From Escherichia phage JulesPiccard: DNA of 47,731 nucleotides. The stretch lies in the sequence record MZ501087; one strand, 5' to 3'. Numbering within the stretch: the first letter of the stretch is position 1; the number at the start of each line of letters is the position of its first letter. The notes under the pieces were generated by a model that saw only the letters and a list, made by a program, of their open reading frames with translations, made no database searches and was not told the DNA's origin. This document shows positions 29,104-38,270 of the stretch, piece by piece. Both the position numbers and the translations under genes were made by a program.

Positions 29104-29145
29104 TAGCATTTTTTGTTAAAAGTCATTCTGATTTGATGGTAGTAT
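29104..29145 (+). promoter_or_regulatory. conserved promoter/operator element in divergent region (HTH gene / helicase)
   Basis: TAGCATTTTTTGTTAAA ... TAGTAT. Confidence 0.5.
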
Positions 29146-29191
29146 TGTACTCAATTAAACGCTACAAGACAATTTTTATAGGAATTTAGAT

Positions 29192-31186
29192 ATGTTGCCT
29201 ATCGAGAAGCTGGTTGCCAACTTTGATAAAGAGAGAATTAAACAGATTCAGAAAGATTACCAGTTTGGCGAGATAACACCTTACGAGTTCCAGTGCGTTA
29301 CATTTGATGCAATTGGGAAAGCCATTGGCAAGTATGAGGCTCCATTTATCGCAGACCTTTCCGTGTCTGCGGGCAAGACAATAATTCTGGCTATGATTGG
29401 TAAGCGCATGGAGCAATTGGGGTTGCCTTATATGGTGCTCTCTCGCCAGTCAGAGATAATCAGCCAGAACTCAGAAGAGCTTCGCAACTTCGGCATCCGT
29501 AACAGCGTCTATTGCGCTGGTCTTAACGTTAAATCAGTTTACTACCCAACCATAGTTGCTAGTGAGGGTACGGCAGCCAACGGCTTGTTTAAGGGGCTTG
29601 GTGATTATGTTCCGGCAGTTATCGCTATCGATGAATGCCACATGGTCGATCACATGGATATCGTGGAAGCTGAAGAGAACGAAGAAACATTTGAGCAAAT
29701 GAGCACAAAGAAAGGTGAGATGGTATTCAAGGATGGCGTTAACACTGGTTTGATTGGTACAGGTCGCGCACAATACACGCTAATAATTACCGAAATGAAA
29801 CGTCGTTGCCGTGAGAAATACGGGCGGGAGCTTCGCATCTTTGGCCTTACTGGCAGCCCATATCGTAACAACGATCATATCGTCGTTAGTAATCCAAACA
29901 TCCGTGGTTTCTGGCGCAAGACGGTAATACAAGTACCAACCAATTACCTTGTTGATTTGGGGTTCGTTGTGCCAACTGTTTACGGTGAGGTTGGCGATTT
30001 GGGTTACGATCTTAGTGAGTTTGCGCCAGATGGAAGTGACGGAATTAAGGATTTTAGCAAAAAAGAAATGGATGCGATGGAGGAGAAAATCCACCAAAAC
30101 CAATCAATGACTCAAAAGATTATGCAATTTGCCGCAAAGTTCATGGAGACTCGCAACGCAGCGCTTGTGACATGCTCTGGTAAGCGTCACTGTGAAGAAG
30201 CGGCAGCGGCGCTTCCTGAGGGTGTGACCTGGGCTATAGTAACCGACTCTACAGGTGAGAAAAAGCGCCGTGAGATTCTGGCTGACGCTTCAGAAGGTAA
30301 GTATAAGTTCATCTTTCAGATTGGTTGCCTCACAACCGGAGTGAACGTCCCACCGTGGGATACATCAATCATTCTGCGCAAGGTTGGTAGCATCACGTTA
30401 CTTATTCAGCTTTTGGGTCGAGGCATGCGAATTCTTAAGAAGAAGCATAAAGAAATGGGCATGGTTAAGGACGACCACGTGGTTCTAGACTTCGCTGGAA
30501 CACTTGACGACATGGCAGAGTTGTACTTTGACCCAATCATAGAGGAGGTGCAGGACCAGAAGTTTAAATCATCACGCAAGGGAAACGATGAGCCGAGGGT
30601 TTGCCCGGCCTGCAGCTATGAGAACTCACCATTCGCTCGTCGATGCAATAACGTAATTGACGGGAGGCGTTGTGAACATTTTTTTAAATTTCGCTTATGT
30701 GAAGATATAGAGGACCACCAGACAAAAGTTACTGTTAAGAAAGGTTGTGGTGAGAAGAATGATATTGCCGCTAAAAACTGCCGCTGCTGCGGAGAAATGC
30801 TTATTGACCCTAACGCAAAGTTGTCTGGAAAGATGTATCGAAAAGGTGACTGGTTGAGAGTTTACGGATTCAGTATTGGGTTAACTAAAAACCAAGCCGG
30901 AATCGTTGCTCGCTATGAAATAATGGCTCACAGCGGGGATAGGTTTGTTGCTTACGAAACTTTCTTCCCAGAGAGTGACCATCGCGTTTGTTCCGTTAAG
31001 TGGAAGGCATTTTGCCAGGCGCACATCCAGAACAAAACAGAAGCATTTCGCATCGGAAGACTTCGAAACGCCAAAATGATTATGACTAACGCAATTCAAT
31101 TTCGTGAGCCAATGCGAGTGACTCATAGAAAGAACCAGAAGGGGCAGGACATTATTGCAAACAAATCTTTTACTATGGATGATTGA
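29192..31186 (+). CDS. superfamily-2 DNA helicase
   Basis: Walker A SVSAGKT, DECH box (IAIDECHMV), C-terminal Cys-rich zinc-ribbon-like region. Confidence 0.75.
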   Translation: MLPIEKLVANFDKERIKQIQKDYQFGEITPYEFQCVTFDAIGKAIGKYEAPFIADLSVSAGKTIILAMIGKRMEQLGLPYMVLSRQSEIISQNSEELRNFGIRNSVYCAGLNVKSVYYPTIVASEGTAANGLFKGLGDYVPAVIAIDECHMVDHMDIVEAEENEETFEQMSTKKGEMVFKDGVNTGLIGTGRAQYTLIITEMKRRCREKYGRELRIFGLTGSPYRNNDHIVVSNPNIRGFWRKTVIQVPTNYLVDLGFVVPTVYGEVGDLGYDLSEFAPDGSDGIKDFSKKEMDAMEEKIHQNQSMTQKIMQFAAKFMETRNAALVTCSGKRHCEEAAAALPEGVTWAIVTDSTGEKKRREILADASEGKYKFIFQIGCLTTGVNVPPWDTSIILRKVGSITLLIQLLGRGMRILKKKHKEMGMVKDDHVVLDFAGTLDDMAELYFDPIIEEVQDQKFKSSRKGNDEPRVCPACSYENSPFARRCNNVIDGRRCEHFFKFRLCEDIEDHQTKVTVKKGCGEKNDIAAKNCRCCGEMLIDPNAKLSGKMYRKGDWLRVYGFSIGLTKNQAGIVARYEIMAHSGDRFVAYETFFPESDHRVCSVKWKAFCQAHIQNKTEAFRIGRLRNAKMIMTNAIQFREPMRVTHRKNQKGQDIIANKSFTMDD

Positions 31187-31187
31187 T

Positions 31188-31607
31188 ATGAATATTACAG
31201 ACAAAGTTGATTACATTGAGTTTTACCCGGGCCCGGTTAAGTCATGCCCCAAAGAGGACGACGAACAGATCTTTTGCTCTGATTGGGTTAAGTACCATTA
31301 TCCTCAGATTATCTATTGGCATACCGTTAATGAGGGGAAGAAATCAATGTGCGCAGCCAGAAAGGATGCAGCAAAAGGCCTCCTTAAAGGCGTATCAGAC
31401 TGCCTATTTCTAATACCTGAACCATTGCGAGGAAGGTATCCATTTGGCGCAATAGAGCTAAAGAGGGCAGGGAAAACGCAGGCTAGTCCAGTCAGCGAAG
31501 ATCAGAAGGCATTCCTGAAGAGCGTAAGAGAATCAGGCGGCTTCTCGGCTGTGGCCTACGGTCGTGAAGGTTTTCTTGCGGCGTTCAGAGAAATGATTTC
31601 AAAATAG
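31188..31607 (+). CDS. VRR-NUC domain nuclease
   Basis: GVSDCLFLIP..GAIELKR (D..ELK nuclease motif); 1-nt gap after helicase stop. Confidence 0.6.
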   Translation: MNITDKVDYIEFYPGPVKSCPKEDDEQIFCSDWVKYHYPQIIYWHTVNEGKKSMCAARKDAAKGLLKGVSDCLFLIPEPLRGRYPFGAIELKRAGKTQASPVSEDQKAFLKSVRESGGFSAVAYGREGFLAAFREMISK

Positions 31608-31647
31608 CACTAATTGCTAAAGAGATTTCGCAGGGATGCGATATAGT
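31605..31647 (+). promoter_or_regulatory. conserved promoter/operator element
   Basis: TAGCACTAATTGCTAAAG-N-TATAGT-TACTCCATCGAAACGAAAC. Confidence 0.55.
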
Positions 31648-31683
31648 TACTCCATCGAAACGAAACACAGAGAGAGAAACAAA

Positions 31684-31878
31684 ATGGCTACTATCTTTAC
31701 TGGTAAAATCTACGAATCACGCAAGACTGGTTATGAATATGAATTAGTAATCACCGCTGAGGGTTATGTTCTTGACGATGGTGAGGGTTATGCTTTCGAA
31801 GTAAGCCCAACTTACAAGGATGATTTGGAGACTGTTAAAAACGCATTTGGCGAAAAATTTGATGAGGTATCAGAATGA
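31684..31878 (+). CDS. hypothetical protein
   Basis: ATG after conserved leader and RBS GAGAGAGAAAC; promoter element at 31605. Confidence 0.45.
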   Translation: MATIFTGKIYESRKTGYEYELVITAEGYVLDDGEGYAFEVSPTYKDDLETVKNAFGEKFDEVSE

Positions 31879-32033
31879 GAGAGGCAATCGTAAACTGGAA
31901 AAACGGAGAAGATTCAAAGTTCTTCTTCAATACACTCTCACAATACATTGATAAGATTGTTTTCGTAATTGATGGCGGGTGTGAGGTTATTGTGCCTATA
32001 AAGCTAATAGATGGATTGGGAGTATCTGAATAA
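31875..32033 (+). CDS. hypothetical protein (52 aa)
   Basis: ATGA overlap with upstream gene; below ORF-track threshold. Confidence 0.3.
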   Translation: MREAIVNWKNGEDSKFFFNTLSQYIDKIVFVIDGGCEVIVPIKLIDGLGVSE

Positions 32034-32251
32034 TGAAATTAACATTTGATAAGCAATGGGAACTCTTTCAGGCAATGGTGGCTCAGGAGTTGAGCAAAGC
32101 TGGATATAAACATGATGTTTGGGATTTGGCTTGGTGTCTTGATTATAGTTTCGAGGAAGACTACCTGAACACCGATATCGAAACATGGCGCGACCGTATG
32201 GTTTCTGATATCCAAGAAATGAAAAAAGATTGCCCTGAGGATTTCTTATGA
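32033..32251 (+). CDS. hypothetical protein
   Basis: 72-aa ORF, TAATG overlap coupling. Confidence 0.4.
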   Translation: MKLTFDKQWELFQAMVAQELSKAGYKHDVWDLAWCLDYSFEEDYLNTDIETWRDRMVSDIQEMKKDCPEDFL

Positions 32252-32448
32252 TTGGCATCTGCGTAAAAACAAATGGAAGTTTTACTTTATTCGATGAGTA
32301 CGAGATTAATTTTGGCGATGATTTTTATTCAGACAAGATTGTAGTAATGAGCGATGATGGATGGAATTACATTATTGATTATCAAGGTGATGGCTACTAC
32401 GGGTGCGTAGACGCGAAAGGAAAAGAAGTTAGTTTCTTGGTTGAATAG
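32248..32448 (+). CDS. hypothetical protein
   Basis: 66-aa ORF, ATGA overlap; stop TAG forms part of promoter element at 32446. Confidence 0.4.
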   Translation: MIGICVKTNGSFTLFDEYEINFGDDFYSDKIVVMSDDGWNYIIDYQGDGYYGCVDAKGKEVSFLVE

Positions 32449-32488
32449 CATTTTTTGTTAAAACTAAAATCCAGGGATGGATTATATT
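32446..32488 (+). promoter_or_regulatory. conserved promoter/operator element
   Basis: TAGCATTTTTTGTTAAA ... TATATT. Confidence 0.5.
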
Positions 32489-32518
32489 AAACACATCAAC
32501 AACGGAGAGGATTAAGAG

Positions 32519-32644
32519 ATGAAAATTGTAGACAAAGAGATGCTTGACCTTGCTCAAATTTACTCAAAGGCAGCAGTAAATCAGGGTTGTGACTACCTCT
32601 GGATGTGTGCTAAAGAATACCTGAAAATGGCATACGGATTATGA
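32519..32644 (+). CDS. hypothetical protein (41 aa)
   Basis: ATG after RBS GGAGAGG and conserved leader; overlaps next gene by ATGA. Confidence 0.3.
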   Translation: MKIVDKEMLDLAQIYSKAAVNQGCDYLWMCAKEYLKMAYGL

Positions 32645-32889
32645 TAGTTGAAACCGGACGCGCCGCAGTATGGTCGCATTGTGGAGAGGCTGGACTTCAA
32701 GATGATATTAAGCAGATATCCCGCTTCTTTGATATAAAAGATATCAGCGTTGTCTTTAATGGTAAATTATCTTACATGGATGAGCGACCAAGAAAATACG
32801 TAAGAGTTAAGCCGGGCGTCAGGATTGATGTTAACGAGTTCCTCAAGGCTGAGGGATACAAGTTTAAGATAACGAAGCCTAAGGATTAA
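32641..32889 (+). CDS. hypothetical protein
   Basis: 82-aa ORF, translationally coupled. Confidence 0.4.
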   Translation: MIVETGRAAVWSHCGEAGLQDDIKQISRFFDIKDISVVFNGKLSYMDERPRKYVRVKPGVRIDVNEFLKAEGYKFKITKPKD

Positions 32890-32891
32890 GT

Positions 32892-33143
32892 ATGTTGGGT
32901 TTAGATTTTCAGCCAGAGCATTACGATTTGGTTCATGGGCAAAGCGGTGCGAAGTTTAGGGCGATACCTATTGCTGACTGGTTCCCTCCTGACTATGTGG
33001 ATGTGAACGCAAAAACTAAAGACGGAAAGTGGGTGCAGATTTACTACTCTCCAGCGTGCGGAAACCTTTGCATGACCGACCTTGAGCGAAAGTTAGCAAT
33101 TAGTGCGGAAGTGATAGGCTACTGGTTGAAAGAGGTTGAATGA
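32892..33143 (+). CDS. hypothetical protein
   Basis: 83-aa ORF. Confidence 0.4.
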   Translation: MLGLDFQPEHYDLVHGQSGAKFRAIPIADWFPPDYVDVNAKTKDGKWVQIYYSPACGNLCMTDLERKLAISAEVIGYWLKEVE

Positions 33144-33226
33144 CGAGCCTAATACTAGTAGCATCGTTACCACTGTTTAGCTTTACTATCTTATACTTTA
33201 TCGCAATGAATTAAGGAACTTATATA

Positions 33227-34357
33227 ATGGCAACTGCAAAAATTACCAACGAAGAACTGCGCGAAGAACTGGCTAATGGCATGACCAACAAAGCTATCGC
33301 AGAGAAGTACGGAATGAATATTCGCAATGTCGAATTGCGTCGTAGTAAATTAGCTAAGAGTGGAGAGTTGCACGGAAACCCAGGTATCAAGAAGTTAGTT
33401 CCTGACGGTTATTTGGTCAAAGGTACGTCAACCATGATTGATGCGGATGGCAACGAGAAGATTCGCTGGGTTAAGACCTCAATTGATAATGAGCGACTTG
33501 AGGTTTTAATGGAGCAAGCTCGAGAAGCATTCTGCTCTGATTTGCCAAAAGCAGATGCGGTAATCCACTCAGGTAATGAGGTCAACTCTGAGTTAATGAC
33601 TCTTTACCCTATTTTCGATATCCATATTGGCATGATGGCGCATCGCCATGAGTCCGGCGAAAATTATGACACGAACACCGCTGAGAAATTAATGGGATCA
33701 TATTTTGACCATGCAATTTCCGTATCACCAGCCTCAGAGAAAGCCGTGATTTTAGTTGGTGGTGATTTCCTTCACTCCGATGGGTTGGAATCGGTAACTC
33801 CAGCAAGCGGACACTGCCTTGATCAAGATAGTCGATATGCCAAGTTAGTTTATGTTGCTATTCGCTCGATTCGTTGCGCCGTAGAGAAGATGCTTAAGAA
33901 GCATAAGAATGTCGAGATTCAGATTATAGAGGGCAATCACGACCAGAGTGGTATGATTTGGCTCCGTGCGGCAATGGCTGCATTTTATGAAAACGAGAAT
34001 CGCGTGTTTGTTGATACCAGTCCGGCAATCATGCACAAGACGCGATTTGGCTCAACATTACTTGGTTACACTCACGGTCACACCATGAAGAAAGCCGAGG
34101 GTAGACTTGCAGCAATGGCTACCGACTACCGCAAAGACTTTGGTGAATGTGAGTTTGTTTACTGCCACTCCGGCCATTTCCATCACGCAACTGTTACAGA
34201 GTGCACTCTTGGGATTGACGAGGTTCACCCAGCGCTGGCTAGTAAGGATGCGTATGCAGCTCGAGGAGGGTGGCGCTCATATCGCCAAGCTGCCGCAATC
34301 ATCTATCACAAGGAGTTCGGTGAGGTTGGTAGGCATATTTATCGCCCAGGCATGTAA
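33227..34357 (+). CDS. calcineurin-like metallophosphoesterase with N-terminal HTH-like region
   Basis: motifs DIHIG, GGDFLHSDG, EGNHD, GYTHGH, HSGHFHH; N-terminal MTNKAIAEKYGMNIRNVELRRSK. Confidence 0.6.
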   Translation: MATAKITNEELREELANGMTNKAIAEKYGMNIRNVELRRSKLAKSGELHGNPGIKKLVPDGYLVKGTSTMIDADGNEKIRWVKTSIDNERLEVLMEQAREAFCSDLPKADAVIHSGNEVNSELMTLYPIFDIHIGMMAHRHESGENYDTNTAEKLMGSYFDHAISVSPASEKAVILVGGDFLHSDGLESVTPASGHCLDQDSRYAKLVYVAIRSIRCAVEKMLKKHKNVEIQIIEGNHDQSGMIWLRAAMAAFYENENRVFVDTSPAIMHKTRFGSTLLGYTHGHTMKKAEGRLAAMATDYRKDFGECEFVYCHSGHFHHATVTECTLGIDEVHPALASKDAYAARGGWRSYRQAAAIIYHKEFGEVGRHIYRPGM

Positions 34358-34358
34358 G

Positions 34359-34401
34359 TAGCACTTTTTGCCTAAAGGATGCCGTAGAAATACGGCATAA
34401 T
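34359..34401 (+). promoter_or_regulatory. conserved promoter/operator element
   Basis: TAGCACTTTTTGCCTAAA ... CATAAT ... AAATCGAAACGAGATG. Confidence 0.5.
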
Positions 34402-34442
34402 CACCAAATCGAAACGAGATGAACTAAACCAGGAAACACAAA

Positions 34443-34619
34443 ATGACTAAGATGATTTATTGCACCAAGAACAACTCCAAGACTCTGCCGTTTACTGTCA
34501 ACCAGCCGTACAATGCGGAGTACCAGGGTGATGGATATTTCAAGATTTACGGCGATGACATGACGTGGATTTTAGCGCCGATTGATGGTTCGCTGGTTGA
34601 ATTTATTATCGCTGACTAG
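34443..34619 (+). CDS. hypothetical protein (58 aa)
   Basis: ATG after conserved leader; promoter element 34359; terminator follows. Confidence 0.35.
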   Translation: MTKMIYCTKNNSKTLPFTVNQPYNAEYQGDGYFKIYGDDMTWILAPIDGSLVEFIIAD

Positions 34620-34644
34620 CGCAGCAAAAACATAGCGTTAAACA

Positions 34645-34670
34645 CGGGGGGGCTTTTGGCTCCCTTTTTT
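34645..34670 (+). terminator. intrinsic terminator before lysis cassette
   Basis: G-rich hairpin then TTTTTTT. Confidence 0.5.
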
Positions 34671-34749
34671 TATGCTTCTTTTCCGAGCAGGTCTAATGTA
34701 TCATTCTTTTACTAACTTAAGCATTGACAAATAAATAAAGGTGGATCAC

Positions 34750-34965
34750 ATGAGGGAAGTCATTAACGCCGCTACAGCATCAACTGGCGGCGCTGCTTTT
34801 ACTGGTGCGGCAACTGGTCAAATGACTATAGCAATAATCAGCCTTATCGCTCTGATTATTTTTGGTGCCTGGGGAGCGTACTGGAAGTTCAAGGATAGCC
34901 AGGCTATTCGCCGAGCGCTTGAATCAGGGGATCTAAAAACAGCACTAAAGATAAGGAGCAAGTAA
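34750..34965 (+). CDS. holin (probable pinholin)
   Basis: 71 aa, Gly/Ala-rich then hydrophobic TMD, charged C-terminus; directly upstream of SAR endolysin. Confidence 0.6.
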   Translation: MREVINAATASTGGAAFTGAATGQMTIAIISLIALIIFGAWGAYWKFKDSQAIRRALESGDLKTALKIRSK

Positions 34966-35451
34966 ATGAAGCAGAAGATAGCCATTACCGCGGCTACGGC
35001 TGCGGCTATATACATCGCGGCGCCGCTTATTGAACTTGTGGAGGGTGTAGAGAATAAGCCATACATGGACATTGCCGGAATTCCTACGGTCTGCGCAGGT
35101 ATCACTGGGCCTGACGTGACATGGGGTAAAACTTACAGTAACAGAGAGTGTCGCAACCTTCTTGAGAAGCACATCCAGATTCATGGAAAGCATGTTCAGA
35201 ATGCCGTTACCTATCCAATCGCACCTCAGACAAGGGCGGCTTTAATCAGCTTCAGTTATAATGTTGGTGGCTCAGCAATGAGGAATTCTACCGCTGTGAG
35301 ACTAATTAACCAGGGTAAGATTGAGCAGGGTTGTAAGGCTCTCGGGATGTGGAATAAAGCTACCGTTAATGGCAGGAAGGTTGTGGTTAAGGGATTGGTA
35401 AACCGCCGGAATCAGGAGATTAAATTATGTTTAAGTGGATTGCAGCGTTAG
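34966..35451 (+). CDS. SAR endolysin (lysozyme, T4/P1-Lyz-like)
   Basis: N-terminal Ala-rich weak TMD (IAITAATAAAIYIAAPLI) then catalytic E-x8-D-x5-T (VENKPYMDIAGIPT). Confidence 0.75.
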   Translation: MKQKIAITAATAAAIYIAAPLIELVEGVENKPYMDIAGIPTVCAGITGPDVTWGKTYSNRECRNLLEKHIQIHGKHVQNAVTYPIAPQTRAALISFSYNVGGSAMRNSTAVRLINQGKIEQGCKALGMWNKATVNGRKVVVKGLVNRRNQEIKLCLSGLQR

Positions 35452-35816
35452 TAATGTGCGTAGCTTTGTCTGGATGTTCAGCAACTGATGCACTGACCGG
35501 ATTGATTGGCAGCAAGCCGGAGGTTACAGCTCAGGCCGGGGCAGAGAATAACAAGGTTGGAGTTGGGTTAACGAATAAGGTCGACTCTAGTAACTCCAGT
35601 GATGCCACTGTTAAGGATTCCAGCGTAGGCTCTCTGGATAGCTCGAGTGGGAAAAAGACTGCTGACAATTCGATTAAGGCCTCAACAATTACCGCCGAAA
35701 AGATTGAAATTACCAATAACGAATCATCCGCGCTTCCGTGGGTTGGAACAGGAGCAATGGGTTTGTTGGTTTTAATTCTCATGGCATTAATCTTAAGACG
35801 TAAAAAAGCCTCCTAA
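35427..35816 (+). CDS. unimolecular spanin (u-spanin)
   Basis: N-terminal lipoprotein signal with lipobox LSGCS plus C-terminal TMD followed by RRKK; start embedded in end of endolysin gene. Confidence 0.65.
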   Translation: MFKWIAALVMCVALSGCSATDALTGLIGSKPEVTAQAGAENNKVGVGLTNKVDSSNSSDATVKDSSVGSLDSSSGKKTADNSIKASTITAEKIEITNNESSALPWVGTGAMGLLVLILMALILRRKKAS

Positions 35817-35834
35817 TGGAGGCTATATTTTTAT
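35801..35834. terminator. bidirectional terminator (lysis cassette / minus operon)
   Basis: AAAAA-GCCTCC-TAAT-GGAGGC-TATATTTTTA. Confidence 0.7.
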
Positions 35835-36166
35835 CCAAATAACTCGTCGTCCGTCATTGTTCCTATATTCATCATCTCTTTTATGTACTTGCTTTGATAC
35901 CCGTTAAGCGCCTCGAAGTTAAACTCAAATGGTCTTTTCAAGCTACCCTTGCTAACAAACTCACCACACTTACCATCAATGTATCCAGCAGTTAGCATTT
36001 TTGCACAAAATTCCTTTGATGCGGCACTGCAAAACTCTCTGTGCGACAAACCAGCCGCTTTGCTGAATCTCTCAGAGTCCTTGTGTTTGTAGATGAATCG
36101 CGCCAAATGCTGGCGCGTAAAGTAGGAATAAGATTCACAGAATCGGTACACGTCAAGGATGAACAT
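35831..36166 (-). CDS. hypothetical protein
   Basis: 111-aa ORF, RBS AGGAG; last gene of minus-strand operon. Confidence 0.45.
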   Translation of the reverse strand: MFILDVYRFCESYSYFTRQHLARFIYKHKDSERFSKAAGLSHREFCSAASKEFCAKMLTAGYIDGKCGEFVSKGSLKRPFEFNFEALNGYQSKYIKEMMNIGTMTDDELFG

Positions 36167-36168
36167 AA

Positions 36169-36255
36169 TTAACTCCTGAGTACTGCCAAAACAAATAGAA
36201 GCATCGAAATTGTTACAACAACACCAAGTATTATCAATAGTATCGATTCAATCAT
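36169..36255 (-). CDS. possible 28-aa hydrophobic micro-protein
   Basis: MIESILLIILGVVVTISMLLFVLAVLRS between two minus-strand genes; not in ORF track. Confidence 0.25.
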   Translation of the reverse strand: MIESILLIILGVVVTISMLLFVLAVLRS

Positions 36256-36258
36256 AAG

Positions 36259-37842
36259 TCACCCCAGCAATCGTGGATTAATGTAAACTTTATCACCAAT
36301 CAGGCACGTGTAGTTTTTCTCATCAAGCATTGGCAGCAGGTGATCTTTAATCTTAGTCATCACTCCAGCCTGAGCTTCGAATGGTTTGACCTTACGAGCA
36401 GCTTCATATAGAGAACGAACGCCTACTACGCCTTTCCCGTTCCTGCCTTGTTTAATCAGAATATCAATCAGCTTATTCATCTCGGCATTGTCTCCAGCGT
36501 GACCAGCGGCGTTGGCAGATGACAGATAAGTCTTGCTAAGTTCCTGGAACATAATTACAGCCTCCTGCATTGTGTCCAACTCAATCTCCCTGGACTTCTG
36601 TGGACTCCCGCCGTTAGGGTTGAACCAGTTGCGAATAGTGTGAAGAACCGCAGCGATTCTGATAGCCTGCTTATCGAACTTGCCTAACGCACCGCGCAAC
36701 ATTGTGTGTGAATACTTCCCGCCGTCCGCGAGGTGAGGCTCCATTTCCTGACGCGCTCGGTTGAGATATTTCATTGCTGAGTTGCTCACTGTCAACTTAA
36801 CATCTTGCTCATTCATGATTTCGTGAACCAGTCGGAAGTAATCAGCCTTTAGTCCACCATCAATTGGCTCGTATGTTGATTCACCATTTTCATCAACGAA
36901 TACACGCTCGCCCAGGAATGACTTTTCACGTACAAGCAGGAAACGTTCCGACACACCAATACCACGCGCACCAGCATTCATGATCGCGTTTATTGTTTCA
37001 TCCTGCGCAATTACTGAGATGCAACCCATAGCAAAGAAACTCATGTTGTTCTCTGCATTCGCGCGAGCGATAGATACGTGCCCACCATCCCATGCTTTAA
37101 GAACAAGTTCGCTGTTCGTTTTCTTAGAGCCATCACCATAGGTCATGCCAAGCAGTGAGTTAACACTCGTTGCCTCATCCGAGATAACCGCGAAGTTACC
37201 CTGGCGGTTGTTTATTCGTGCCAGGCCTTCAGGTGTGGTGTCTGATACCGGGAATACGATATCGCACAACTTCTCCAGTTTTTCCTCTAGCTCCTCCTTT
37301 TCCTCAAATAGGGAGGCCATCTCTGAAGGAGATTTTTCCTGCTTCATCTCTTTGGATAATGCGGATAGTTTTGCCATAATCTTTTTGCGCTCACGCTTGC
37401 GAACTTCATTCAGTCGCTCGGTCTCAGCAATCATTGGAGCAATCGAAAGTGAGTTGATGGCTGATTTACCAGTTGATGGCGGCTGACTGGTCACGACGTA
37501 AAGCGAAGTCGGTTGCTGAGTTCCATGATACTCGACAGTAAAGCGGCCCAGCATCGCAGCAGAAATACACCCCAGGAAGTGCATATAGGCTGAAGACTCT
37601 GGGAACTGAACGGAGCGGGCAATGTTGGCAGAAAGTTTACCAACAACATCAATATCATTACCGAGTGAGATTACGGGGTACTTGTCATTAGCGGAATCAA
37701 TCTCTACGGGCGCCTTCCAGAACGATTGAGACTGTCGATAGCCATTGGCATTAATAGCGACTCGCAGGGGTGGGAGGTTGTCTGCGGCAGCAATTGCCAT
37801 AACCTGTTCAACAGATAGCTTATCTTCGTTGAAATCAAACAT
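36259..37842 (-). CDS. large hypothetical protein (Walker-A-like STGKS motif)
   Basis: 527 aa; QPPSTGKSA; own promoter element on minus strand at 37873..37915; N- and C-termini duplicated in 40684..41223. Confidence 0.55.
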   Translation of the reverse strand: MFDFNEDKLSVEQVMAIAAADNLPPLRVAINANGYRQSQSFWKAPVEIDSANDKYPVISLGNDIDVVGKLSANIARSVQFPESSAYMHFLGCISAAMLGRFTVEYHGTQQPTSLYVVTSQPPSTGKSAINSLSIAPMIAETERLNEVRKRERKKIMAKLSALSKEMKQEKSPSEMASLFEEKEELEEKLEKLCDIVFPVSDTTPEGLARINNRQGNFAVISDEATSVNSLLGMTYGDGSKKTNSELVLKAWDGGHVSIARANAENNMSFFAMGCISVIAQDETINAIMNAGARGIGVSERFLLVREKSFLGERVFVDENGESTYEPIDGGLKADYFRLVHEIMNEQDVKLTVSNSAMKYLNRARQEMEPHLADGGKYSHTMLRGALGKFDKQAIRIAAVLHTIRNWFNPNGGSPQKSREIELDTMQEAVIMFQELSKTYLSSANAAGHAGDNAEMNKLIDILIKQGRNGKGVVGVRSLYEAARKVKPFEAQAGVMTKIKDHLLPMLDEKNYTCLIGDKVYINPRLLG

Positions 37843-37872
37843 TACTTCTCTCCGTGTTGTTTCTGAGCGGCC

Positions 37873-37915
37873 ATTATATCAACGGCCGCCTATAATTCAT
37901 TATCAATTTGTGCTA
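37873..37915 (-). promoter_or_regulatory. conserved promoter/operator element (drives 527-aa gene)
   Basis: minus strand TAGCACAAATTGATAAT-N-TATAAT; leader CAGAAACAACACGGAGAG. Confidence 0.5.
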
Positions 37916-37916
37916 T

Positions 37917-38270
37917 TTACAGGTATTGCGCTTCAAATCTGTAGTCACCGCACACTGTAACAAAGCCAACCTCTTCGTCACGGTATAGCTGCCAGGCATT
38001 GCCTTCTCTATCGTAAACGTATCCAGCAAACTGCCCAAGACCTGCATGAATGGCAACTTGATACCTCTTCCCTTCGGTAAAGTACTTGCGAATAGATGAG
38101 CGATGGTTAACCTTTGTGCAGTAAATAGTTTTGGTCTTGATATACTTACCGCGCCCTTCAATGTTAATCCATTTGCCATCTTTCTTGATTTGCTCTACAC
38201 CATCTTTAACGCGAGCTTTGTATAATACGTTTTCGTTGCTAATCCAGTTCTTTGTCAGTGTAGTAGTCAT
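37917..38270 (-). CDS. hypothetical protein
   Basis: ORF with ATG MTTTLTKNW; ATGA overlap with upstream gene. Confidence 0.45.
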   Translation of the reverse strand: MTTTLTKNWISNENVLYKARVKDGVEQIKKDGKWINIEGRGKYIKTKTIYCTKVNHRSSIRKYFTEGKRYQVAIHAGLGQFAGYVYDREGNAWQLYRDEEVGFVTVCGDYRFEAQYL

